Shown here in pieces: positions 10,733 through 19,126 of a stretch of DNA of 64,000 nucleotides. The stretch covers positions 1 to 64,000 of the forward strand of contig JBGAQA010000008.1 of NCBI GenBank assembly GCA_044220955.1, in the 5' to 3' direction. How positions within the stretch are numbered: position 1 is the first letter of the stretch; each line of letters begins with the position of its first letter. The notes under the pieces were generated by a model. It saw nothing but the letters and a program-made list of their open reading frames with translations, searched no databases and was not told the DNA's origin. This stretch comes from Sandaracinaceae bacterium. GTDB taxonomy: Bacteria > Myxococcota_A > Polyangia > Polyangiales > Sandaracinaceae. The translations under genes and the position numbers were made by a program.

Positions 10733-11543
10733 CGAGGTGGACCCGCGCGCCCATCCGGACGGTGCCGCCCTCCACGTGCTCGGCGAAGGTGGTGGTGAGC
10801 GCGCGGTGCGCCTCCTCGAGCGCGTCCTCGCGCGCGCCGGCGAGCAGCTCTGCGAACGACGCGAGCGCCGAGAGCGCGAAGCGCGCGGCCTCTGCGGGTG
10901 GCCGTCCGCCGCCGATCGGGAGCGCTCCTCGCCAATCGAGGACGTCGAGCTCCGAGAGGCCCGCCATCTCGAGCAACGCCAGCAGCACGCGAGGGTCGGC
11001 ATACCGGAACGGGCCCGGCGCGCTCGGGTCCGAGCGCGGCACCTCGACGATGCGAGCCACCGCGTCGCGGACGGTGGTCATCCAAGGGTTGTCGGGCGTC
11101 GGACCCCAGACGGCGAACGCGAACCGTCCGCCCGGCGCGAGCCAGCGCGCGAGGTTGGTGAACGCCGCGGGCGCGTCGTCGAAGAACATGACGCCGAAGC
11201 GCGAGACGAGCCGCTCGTACGGCGTCTCCGGCGTCGTCCTCGCCACGTCAGCGACGTCGAAGGCGATGCGGCGCTCGCCCGCTGGCACGCGCGCGCGCGC
11301 TACCTCGACGAGGGCCGGCGAGATGTCGAAGCCGTGGACGACGCTCCCGGCCGGTGCCTGCCGCAAGATCTCCAGCGCCGTGCCCCCTCCGCCGCAGCCC
11401 ACCTCGGCGATGCGCGTGGACGCTTCCAGCCGGAGCGCGCGCAGGAGCGGCGCGTCGACCGGCGCGAGCGTCCCCTCCATGCCCGTGAGCTGCGCGCGCC
11501 ACTTCTCGCCGCGCGAGGCCGCCCAGTCGTAGGCCTCGGTCAC
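10707..11543 (-). CDS. Class I SAM-dependent methyltransferase
   Basis: EVGCGGG, GFDISPAL, SRFGVMFFDD, LAPGGRFAF. GTG at 11543 overlaps the upstream stop. Confidence 0.9.
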   Translation of the reverse strand: MTEAYDWAASRGEKWRAQLTGMEGTLAPVDAPLLRALRLEASTRIAEVGCGGGGTALEILRQAPAGSVVHGFDISPALVEVARARVPAGERRIAFDVADVARTTPETPYERLVSRFGVMFFDDAPAAFTNLARWLAPGGRFAFAVWGPTPDNPWMTTVRDAVARIVEVPRSDPSAPGPFRYADPRVLLALLEMAGLSELDVLDWRGALPIGGGRPPAEAARFALSALASFAELLAGAREDALEEAHRALTTTFAEHVEGGTVRMGARVHLVSGVRPRA

Positions 11544-12049
11544 GAGCGCCCCGTGGGAACGAGCGAGGCCGTCGCGAGGGCCGCGAGGTAGAGCCCGAGG
11601 CCGAACACCGTGTGCGTCGCGAGGCTCTTGAGGCTGCTCGCCAGAGGCGAGGCGGTCCTGGTGGAGGCGATCCCCGCTCCGAGCGCCGGCTGCAAGACGA
11701 ACAGCGGCGCAAGCACCGTCACGACACCGACCGTGAGCGCCGGGAGCAGCGACGGCGAGCGCGCCCAGCCGAGCCCGAAGACGGCGAGAAGCAGTGCGGC
11801 GAAGGTGATCCCGATCGCGTAGTGCGCGCACCAGCCGATGATTCGCTCGCCTCGGACCGGCGTCGCGCGCGCGATGTGCTCGTGTGTCCACCGCCCCTCG
11901 GGCAGGTGTCCGAGCCAGCGGCCGAGGTAGGCGAAGCTCAAGGTCGGGATCCCGAGGCGCCGGAGAACGAACGCCCACGCGTCCATCACGAGCGTGGCGC
12001 CCGCGCCGATGAGGACAGTCCGCATCACGAGCTCGATGGTGATCTGCAT
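11540..12049 (-). CDS. DUF2938-like membrane protein
   Basis: IGAGATLVMDAW, LGRWLGH, GWCAHYAIG, QPALGAG, SLATHTVFGLGLY. Confidence 0.85.
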   Translation of the reverse strand: MQITIELVMRTVLIGAGATLVMDAWAFVLRRLGIPTLSFAYLGRWLGHLPEGRWTHEHIARATPVRGERIIGWCAHYAIGITFAALLLAVFGLGWARSPSLLPALTVGVVTVLAPLFVLQPALGAGIASTRTASPLASSLKSLATHTVFGLGLYLAALATASLVPTGRS

Positions 12050-12139
12050 GACCGAGATCTAGGGCTCACCCCGCTCCGCGAACATTCGTTTCTTCGGAGG
12101 TCGGCCCTCGGCTCCTCGGAGGTCCCCCGGGGTCGCTCC

Positions 12140-13435
12140 TCACGGGCACGGGCCGAAGCCCGAGGCGGGCTCGAGGCACTGGACTTCTTCGGGCGCGCAG
12201 GTCCGGCTCGGCACGACGTTCCACCCGCGCGCCTCGGAATGCGTGCCGCTCCAGCCGCGGGCGTCGGCGAGGCGGACGCGGCCGGGGGCCTCGATCGTCG
12301 GCGTCCGATAGCATCCTTCGGTGATCGTCTCGCCTTCGCCACGCTCGGTCTCGGTCCCGAGCACGACCTGGTGCGCCGCGAGCTGCTCGTCCGCCGGCAC
12401 GACGTAGAGCTCGCTCGCCGATGCCTCGTGGAAGCCCTCTTCCAGCACGCGAACGCGGAGCGCGCCCGGCGCGAGCGCGGAGGCGTCCTCGACCGCGTCG
12501 ATCCGCGCCGGATCGGTCGCGAAGCTCGGTGCGACCCGCAGGGTCGAGCCCTCGCGGCGCGCCACGATGGACACGCAGTGGGCCAGCAAACCCTCGCAGC
12601 GCGAAAGCAGGAACAGCCTGGCGGTGCCGGCGCTGCGCGCGTCGAGACGCACCGTCGTGGCGCCGGGTGGCATCGCCTCGGCGACGCCCTCGGCCGCCGG
12701 CTCCCGCACGGCCGCTGCGCCCTCGCTGCTCGCGCTCCGTACGCGCGCGAAGCGGTCGGGATCGGGCGGGGGCGTCCCGAGAGATCGACCCGGCTGGAGC
12801 GGCGCGCTGCGCGTGGTGAGCGTGGTGGTGTCGGCGACGCTCAGCTCCCACTCGGTACCGCGGGCTGCGTCCGGCGCCTCGAGGGCGCGCACGAGGAGCG
12901 TGCCGCGGGAGGGCTCCGTCACCGACTCGAAGCCGAGCACGGCCGTCGTGCGCACGCACGAGGCGTCGGCCGCCGCCGCGCGGTAGCAGATCGCCGCGTG
13001 GTCCGAGAACACGAGCGCGACGCCACGGCCGTTCGAGAGGGCGCCCTCGACGTGCGCATCGAGCAGCGTCCCGAGGAGCCGGCGCGCCGCGACGTGAGGC
13101 GCGAGCGACTCGCTCGGACTGCCCATCGACGAGGCGAGCACCGCGCGGACCGTCTCGCCCTCGTGCGACGCCTCGATCCGCATGCTGTCGCGCCGTGCGA
13201 CGACGCGAACCAGGCAGGCGTCGCGATCGAAATCGCGCGCCACGAGCTCGCGCACGCGGCGCTCGATCACGGAGCTGCTCGGGAATCCGCCCGTCGCCGG
13301 GACGTCGACCGAAGCCGCAGGACACGCCGGCCCGGCGGAGGTCGGCGGCGCCGTGGTGGCGGGCGGCGGCTCGTCGCAGGCAGCGAGCAACGTCGGGAGC
13401 ACGATCGCGAAGAGGAGACGGCGGCCTCGGCGCAT
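12140..13435 (-). CDS. Hypothetical lipoprotein
   Basis: MRRGRRLLFAIVLPTLLAAC lipobox signal followed by a Pro/Thr linker; coding-like codon pattern. Confidence 0.7.
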   Translation of the reverse strand: MRRGRRLLFAIVLPTLLAACDEPPPATTAPPTSAGPACPAASVDVPATGGFPSSSVIERRVRELVARDFDRDACLVRVVARRDSMRIEASHEGETVRAVLASSMGSPSESLAPHVAARRLLGTLLDAHVEGALSNGRGVALVFSDHAAICYRAAAADASCVRTTAVLGFESVTEPSRGTLLVRALEAPDAARGTEWELSVADTTTLTTRSAPLQPGRSLGTPPPDPDRFARVRSASSEGAAAVREPAAEGVAEAMPPGATTVRLDARSAGTARLFLLSRCEGLLAHCVSIVARREGSTLRVAPSFATDPARIDAVEDASALAPGALRVRVLEEGFHEASASELYVVPADEQLAAHQVVLGTETERGEGETITEGCYRTPTIEAPGRVRLADARGWSGTHSEARGWNVVPSRTCAPEEVQCLEPASGFGPCP

Positions 13436-13458
13436 CGCCCGATGATGCCTCTGCTCGG

Positions 13459-13836
13459 CTATTTGCGGTACGTCGCGATCACGCGGAAGCGGAGCACGCA
13501 GGGGCAGTTGGCCGAGCCGTTCGTCCCGTCGCACGAGCACTCGCCCTCGATCGAGGTCGCGCCGTCGCGCAGGGGCCGCATGATCTCGCGGGTGATGTCG
13601 TGCCGGCCGTTCTTGCAGTGGGCGCAGCGTGGCTCGAAGAGGGCGGGCGCGACGCCCACGACGACGCGGCGCGTGTGCTCGATCGCGTTGGAGCCGGCGG
13701 GGCCACCCTCGGCCATCGCGATCGAGAGCGACTCGAGGCGCGGGACCTCGAGCGCGAGGCGCGGGGCGGCGTCCTCCTGCCGGCGGCGCTGCTGCGCCTG
13801 CTCTGCGGCCTCGGCCGCCTTCCTCGATCGATTCAA
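13459..13836 (-). CDS. Small Cys-containing hypothetical protein, possibly Zn-binding
   Basis: RRRQEDAAPRL...HTRRVVV..APALFEPRCAHCKNGRHDIT...CSCDG.....CPC. TTG start at 13836 with GAGG upstream. Confidence 0.75.
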   Translation of the reverse strand: MNRSRKAAEAAEQAQQRRRQEDAAPRLALEVPRLESLSIAMAEGGPAGSNAIEHTRRVVVGVAPALFEPRCAHCKNGRHDITREIMRPLRDGATSIEGECSCDGTNGSANCPCVLRFRVIATYRK

Positions 13837-14075
13837 CGCAACGCCTCTCGGGCTCGACCGTGAGTGGTGGCGATCGACCGGACACGAACGATACGTCAAC
13901 GAGGGCCCCGTGTCGCGCATCGCCGCGCCATCCGGATGTGGCGGGCGTTTTCACGTGGCGGAGAGGCGTTCCGTGAGGGATGGTACAGCTTCGCGAACCG
14001 TTCGGCCTCTCGTCGTATCTCGCTCCTGAGAACGCGGCACGTCGGAAAGTACAGCGCGCAGGAGTGAAGTAAGTC

Positions 14076-14387
14076 ATGGGAAATCGTCTGTTCGTCGGAA
14101 ACCTCTCGTTCCACACCACCGAGGACTCGCTCCTCGCCGCGTTCGCGCCGCATGGTGAGGTCGCGAGCGTCAAGCTCATGCTCGATCGCGACACGGGTCG
14201 CTCGCGCGGCTTCGCGTTCGTCGACATGAAGGACGCCGCCATGGCCAAGCGCGCGATCGACGCGATGAACGGCGCCTCGCTCGACGGGCGCTCCATCCGT
14301 GTCGACGAGGCGATGGAGCGCAGCGGCGGCGGCAACTTCGGCGGCGGTGGCGGACGCGGGGGCGGTGGCGATCGCGTTCGCCGGTGA
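14076..14387 (+). CDS. RRM RNA-binding protein with Gly/Arg-rich tail
   Basis: RNP2 LFVGNL, RNP1 RGFAFVDM, GGGGGRGGGG tail. Confidence 0.96.
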   Translation: MGNRLFVGNLSFHTTEDSLLAAFAPHGEVASVKLMLDRDTGRSRGFAFVDMKDAAMAKRAIDAMNGASLDGRSIRVDEAMERSGGGNFGGGGGRGGGGDRVRR

Positions 14388-14692
14388 CACGGCGTCGGGC
14401 AGCGGTGCGGCCGTTCGCGGGTGACGTCGTCCTCGACGCGCTCGCGCAGGCCGCCGGCACCGAGTGGGCAGCACAAGAGGTGACGACGCTGATCGACGCC
14501 GGCCGTGCTGTCGTCGGCGGCTGGCCTGGCACACTCTCCGAGGCGAGGGCGCGCGTCGATGCGCGGCTCGCCACCCAGGGTGCGCCGGGCTTGTCCGTCG
14601 GCGCTCCCGCCCGGGAGTCGCTGGCGCGCCGCGCGTACGACGCGGCGCGTGGCGCTTGGGCCGCCCGCGCCCAGCGCGAGCCGCAGTTCTGA
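14384..14692 (+). CDS. Hypothetical protein
   Basis: GTG overlaps the RRM stop; GRAVVGGWPGTLSEARARV...YDAARGAW reads as a real protein. Confidence 0.65.
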   Translation: MTRRRAAVRPFAGDVVLDALAQAAGTEWAAQEVTTLIDAGRAVVGGWPGTLSEARARVDARLATQGAPGLSVGAPARESLARRAYDAARGAWAARAQREPQF

Positions 14693-14792
14693 GATCGGTC
14701 CTCGCTCTCGCCTTCGGGGAGCTGGGCACCCCGAGCATCCCCGAGCGGCCGGCGGGCTGGCGGGCGGCCGGGACGGAGCCTAGGAACGAGGG

Positions 14793-17009
14793 GTGAGCGC
14801 GACCTCGACCGCCGACGCGAAGGTGCGCGTCTACGAGGTGCACGGAATGACGTGCGCCACGTGCGCCAAGCGCGTCGAGAAAGCGCTCGGCCGCGTCGAG
14901 GGGGTCCAAGGCGCCAGCGTCGACCTCGTGAGGGAGCGGGCGCGCGTCGTCGGCGCGGCGCACGAGCGCGAGCTCTTCGAGGCGGTGTCGAAGGCGGGCT
15001 ACGAGCTCGTCCCGCGCGAGCAGGGCGCTCCGCCCGCGCGGCGAGGCGTGCTCGCGCCGGGCGAGGGCCGTGCGATCGTGGCGGCGGCCCTCACGCTCGT
15101 CGTGCTCGTGGTCGATCTCTTTGCTCCGCACCTCCTCGGACCGATCACGCCCTGGCTCACGCTCGCGATCGGCGCGGTGGTCGCGCTCGGGCTCGGCGCG
15201 CCCTTCCTCGATCGCGCCGTGCGGCTGGCGCTGCGTCGCGAGGCGAGCATGGACACGCTGGTCGCGCTCGGCGCGCTGGCGGCGGTCGTCGCCTCGGTGC
15301 TCGGGCTCGTCTTTCCGCACGAGCACCTTGCCCACGGCTCGGTCTCGGACGGAGCGCACGGGCACTCCGACGCATCGACGGGCGCGCTGGTCGTCGCGAT
15401 CGTGCTGGCAGGCAAGGCCATCGAGGCCCGCGCGAAGCGGCGTGCGGCGGCGTCGCTCGACGCGATCGCGCGGGCCGAGACGGTGCCTGTGCGCGTCCGG
15501 CGTCACGGCGTCGAGGCCGAGATCCTCCAGGCAGAGCTCCGCGAGGGCGACGACATCGTGGTGCGCCCGTTCGCGCGTGTCCCCGCGGACGGGACGCTCG
15601 AGAGCGAGCTCGCGTATCTCGACGAGTCGCTCCTGACCGGCGAGAGCCGCCCCGCCAAGAAGGCGCGAGGGGACGCGATCGTGGGCGGCAGCGTGAACGG
15701 CGCCACGCCTCTGGCCATGAAGATCACCGCTGCAGGCGCGGCGAGCGTCGGAGGGCGGCTCGAGGCCGAGACGGCCGAGGCGCTGAGCAAGCCGCCGCGC
15801 GAGGCCGAGCTGGCCGATCGCGCGAGCGCCTGGGTCGCGCCGCTCGTGCTCGTCGCGGCGGTCCTGGCCTTCGGCGGGTGGCTCGCCGTGGGACGGCCGC
15901 CCCTCGAGGCCCTTCGGATCGCGATCAGCGTGCTCGTCGTCGCGTGCCCCTGCGCGCTCGGTCTCGCGACGCCGGCCGCGCTCGTCGCCGCGCTCGGACG
16001 GGCCGCGCGCGAGGGCGTGCTCGTGCGCGATGCGAGCCGCTTCGTACAGCTGGCCGACGTGCGCACGCTCTTCTTCGACAAGACCGGCACGCTCACCGAG
16101 GGCGAGCCGCACGTCGGCGAGATCGTCTCGGTCGGCGCGCGGACCGAAGGACAGGTGCTCGATCTCGTCGCGGCGGTCGAGAGCGAGTCGGAGCACCCGC
16201 TCGGGCGCGCGCTCTTCCTCGCCGCGATGGAGCGCGGAGTCCACGCCCGCACGCCGGCCAACCTGCGCGTGCTGGTCGGGCAGGGCGTGGCGGGCGAGCT
16301 CGACGGCCAGGACGTGCGCGTCGTCGCACCGAGCGCGGACGCGCTCGTGGCGCTCCCCGGCGAGGCGCGCGCGCGCGTCGAGGCACGCCGGCGCGAGGGC
16401 TACTCGCTCGCCTTGCTCGCGGTCGACGGCCAGACCGAGGCCGTGCTCACGGTCCGGGATCGCGTCCGCGCCCGCTCGGCGGCCGTCGTGCGTGCGCTCG
16501 TCGGCGACGGCCTCGCGCTCGAGATGCTCTCCGGCGATCACCCCGACGCGGCGCGCGCGGTCGCCGCGGAGGTCGGGCTCCCGACGGAGTCGGTGCACGC
16601 CGGGCTCTCGCCCGAGCAGAAGACGGCGCTCGTGAGGAGCGCGCAGAGCCGCGGGCTCGTGGCGATGGTCGGCGACGGCGTGAACGACGCGCCCGCGCTC
16701 GCGAGCGCCGACGTCGGCGTCGCGATCGGCAAGGGGGCGAGCGCAGCGATGCGTGCGGGGGCGCTCACGCTGGTCGACGGAGACCTCGGACGGCTCCTCG
16801 TGGCGCGCGCCCTCGCCCGTCAGACGCGGCGCACGATCTCGGCGAACCTCGCCTGGGCGTTCGCGTACAACGCGCTCGCGGTGCCGCTCGCGGCGCTCGG
16901 GGCGCTGGACCGGCTCGGCGGGCCCGCGGCCGCCGCCGCGACCATGGCCGGCTCGTCGATCCTCGTCCTGCTCTGGTCCCTGCGCCTGTCGCGCGTCGCG
17001 CTGCACTGA
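14793..17009 (+). CDS. copA: Heavy-metal P1B-type ATPase, Cu(+)-type (CopA-like)
   Basis: HMA GMTCATC, LLTGES, CPCALGLATP, DKTGTLT, SEHPLG, GDGVNDAP, plus the P1B-1 YN and MxxSS transmembrane motifs. Confidence 0.9.
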   Translation: MSATSTADAKVRVYEVHGMTCATCAKRVEKALGRVEGVQGASVDLVRERARVVGAAHERELFEAVSKAGYELVPREQGAPPARRGVLAPGEGRAIVAAALTLVVLVVDLFAPHLLGPITPWLTLAIGAVVALGLGAPFLDRAVRLALRREASMDTLVALGALAAVVASVLGLVFPHEHLAHGSVSDGAHGHSDASTGALVVAIVLAGKAIEARAKRRAAASLDAIARAETVPVRVRRHGVEAEILQAELREGDDIVVRPFARVPADGTLESELAYLDESLLTGESRPAKKARGDAIVGGSVNGATPLAMKITAAGAASVGGRLEAETAEALSKPPREAELADRASAWVAPLVLVAAVLAFGGWLAVGRPPLEALRIAISVLVVACPCALGLATPAALVAALGRAAREGVLVRDASRFVQLADVRTLFFDKTGTLTEGEPHVGEIVSVGARTEGQVLDLVAAVESESEHPLGRALFLAAMERGVHARTPANLRVLVGQGVAGELDGQDVRVVAPSADALVALPGEARARVEARRREGYSLALLAVDGQTEAVLTVRDRVRARSAAVVRALVGDGLALEMLSGDHPDAARAVAAEVGLPTESVHAGLSPEQKTALVRSAQSRGLVAMVGDGVNDAPALASADVGVAIGKGASAAMRAGALTLVDGDLGRLLVARALARQTRRTISANLAWAFAYNALAVPLAALGALDRLGGPAAAAATMAGSSILVLLWSLRLSRVALH

Positions 17010-17078
17010 CGCCGAGGCGTCGAGCGCGGCGTACCCGGAACGAGACGCGACCCGATCCGTCCGCTATCCTCGCGGCGC

Positions 17079-19109
17079 GTGCGACGGAGTGCTTTGCGCT
17101 GGATGCCCCTCGTGTGGGCGACGCTCGCTGCGCTCGGCGTGCTCGGTGTCGCGGCGGGGGCGGATGGCTTCGTCCGGCAGGGATGGACCGTCTCCTGGTA
17201 CGCCACCTCCGCGCGCGGCGAGCGCATCGAGACGGCGCGCACCACGGAGCACCGGGTCGTCATCCCGAACGACCACCGGCCGATGTCCCGCATCGTCGAG
17301 GGGTGGAACTACGCGCGCCTCGGCGTACCGGTCGACGTGCCGCCGATCGACGCGACGCTCCGGGCACGCATCCGGGTGCCGGCGCCCGGCCGCTTCCTCC
17401 ACGTCACCGCCAACGGCCAGGCTCAGATCCGCGTGGACGGCACGCCGATCGATCCATCGATGCGCGTCGCGGGCGGCATGCACCGCGTGGAGATCGACTG
17501 GCACGCACCGCTCGATCCCATGACCTACTTCCGGCTCGAGTGGGGGCCCTCGCCCGATGCCACCGAGCCGGTGCCGCGCGAGGCGATCGCGCCCGCCGAC
17601 GGTCCCGTCCCGCCGATGCGCCGGCTCCTCTGGATCGGTGCGATCGTGCTCGCGCTGGTCGCGTTCTTCGTCACGCGAAGGATCCTCACGAGCACCGACG
17701 TCGCACGTCAGCGCCTCGTGCACGCCGTGCTCGTGCTCTCGCTCGTGGCCACGGGCGTCGGCTTCCGGCTCATCGACTACGGCGTCACGCCCGACTGGCG
17801 GGACAACGACGACGAGCGCTTCGCCTGCTGGAACGGCTACTTCCTGCTCACCGAGGGGCGCCCCCGCGCGCTGACGATGTGGCCCGCGGAGTACGTCGGT
17901 CTCGTCGATCTCTCGGTCCACCCCTACTTCGGCCGCGTGTTCCACGTGATCACGCCCTACTTCGAGCACCCGCCGCTCATGCACGTGCTCGTGGGCGCGG
18001 CCGGGCTGATCGGCGGCGCGCACGAGTTCCGCGAGATCCGCCTGAGCCACGCACGCCTGGTGCCGATCGGGCTCTGCGCGATCACGATCGCGCTGATGAT
18101 CGCGCTCGGGCGCAGGCTCGAGCGGCGGCGCTCGGCGGCGCCTTACCTCGGGGCGCTGCTCTACGCGATCCTGCCCTGGATCGTGGTCCAGACGCGCGTG
18201 ATCAAGGAGGAGAGCCTCCTCACGACGCTGGCGACGGCGAGCGTCTACTTCTTCGTGAGGTGGCGCGACGATCGTCGCGCGCGCGACCTCGTCGTCGCCG
18301 CCGTGCTCGCCGGGCTCTGTCCGCTCGCGAAGGTGCCTGGTGCGGCGTTCGTGCTGGTCCTCTCGCTCCTGGTGCTCCGCGAAGGAGGGCTGCCCGCGCT
18401 CCTGAGGCAGCTCGCGGTGTCGATCCCGACCGCCGCGCTCTGGCCGCTCTTCGGTGCGGTGTTCGGCTGGCGCGCCTACGCGTTCACGCAGGCGCTGCAG
18501 ACCAACCGGATGGTCCACTTCAACATCTTCCTGCGCTTCTTCGACGACGCGCTCATCAACACGTACCTCGTCGGGCGTGGGTGGCTGCTCTTCCTCTGGC
18601 TCGGGACGATGGGCGCGCTCCTGCGGCGCTCGCGCGACTACGTGGTCATCATCGGCACGCCGCTGATCGCGTACCTCGCGGCGATCGGGCTCGGCAGCGG
18701 CGACTGGACCTACGGCTGGTACATCACGCCGCTCCTGCCTTGGCTCTGTCTCGGCGCGGGCGCGTTCCTCGCCGACACGTGGCGCGAGCCGGATCTGCTG
18801 CGCGGCGGCATCGTCGTCCTGGTCTTCCTCTTCTACACGCTCAACTTCGCGTTCTCTCCGGACTGGATCCGCTCGTGGCTCTTCCACATGCAGGTGCGCT
18901 GGCTCGTCACGACGGCGCTCGTCGTCGCGTGGCTGCCGTTCGCGCTCGCGACGGCCATGCGCGGCCCGGAGACACGCCTGCTCGCGCGCGTCTCGCTCGT
19001 GGCGATCCTCGGCGTCGTCACCGTGCAGAGCGCGCTCTTCGTCTACCGATGGGACGAGCTGCAGGTGGTCTTCGGCAACTTCGATCGCAACCGCGAGTTC
19101 GACCGATAG
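17079..19109 (+). CDS. GT-C membrane glycosyltransferase (ArnT/PMT-like) with N-terminal PA14-like domain
   Basis: Beta-rich PA14-like ectodomain, DNDDERF acidic loop, YFEHPPL and many TM helices. The start may be ATG 17103. Confidence 0.75.
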   Translation: MRRSALRWMPLVWATLAALGVLGVAAGADGFVRQGWTVSWYATSARGERIETARTTEHRVVIPNDHRPMSRIVEGWNYARLGVPVDVPPIDATLRARIRVPAPGRFLHVTANGQAQIRVDGTPIDPSMRVAGGMHRVEIDWHAPLDPMTYFRLEWGPSPDATEPVPREAIAPADGPVPPMRRLLWIGAIVLALVAFFVTRRILTSTDVARQRLVHAVLVLSLVATGVGFRLIDYGVTPDWRDNDDERFACWNGYFLLTEGRPRALTMWPAEYVGLVDLSVHPYFGRVFHVITPYFEHPPLMHVLVGAAGLIGGAHEFREIRLSHARLVPIGLCAITIALMIALGRRLERRRSAAPYLGALLYAILPWIVVQTRVIKEESLLTTLATASVYFFVRWRDDRRARDLVVAAVLAGLCPLAKVPGAAFVLVLSLLVLREGGLPALLRQLAVSIPTAALWPLFGAVFGWRAYAFTQALQTNRMVHFNIFLRFFDDALINTYLVGRGWLLFLWLGTMGALLRRSRDYVVIIGTPLIAYLAAIGLGSGDWTYGWYITPLLPWLCLGAGAFLADTWREPDLLRGGIVVLVFLFYTLNFAFSPDWIRSWLFHMQVRWLVTTALVVAWLPFALATAMRGPETRLLARVSLVAILGVVTVQSALFVYRWDELQVVFGNFDRNREFDR

Positions 19110-19126
19110 CGAGCGCCGGTCCGGCG

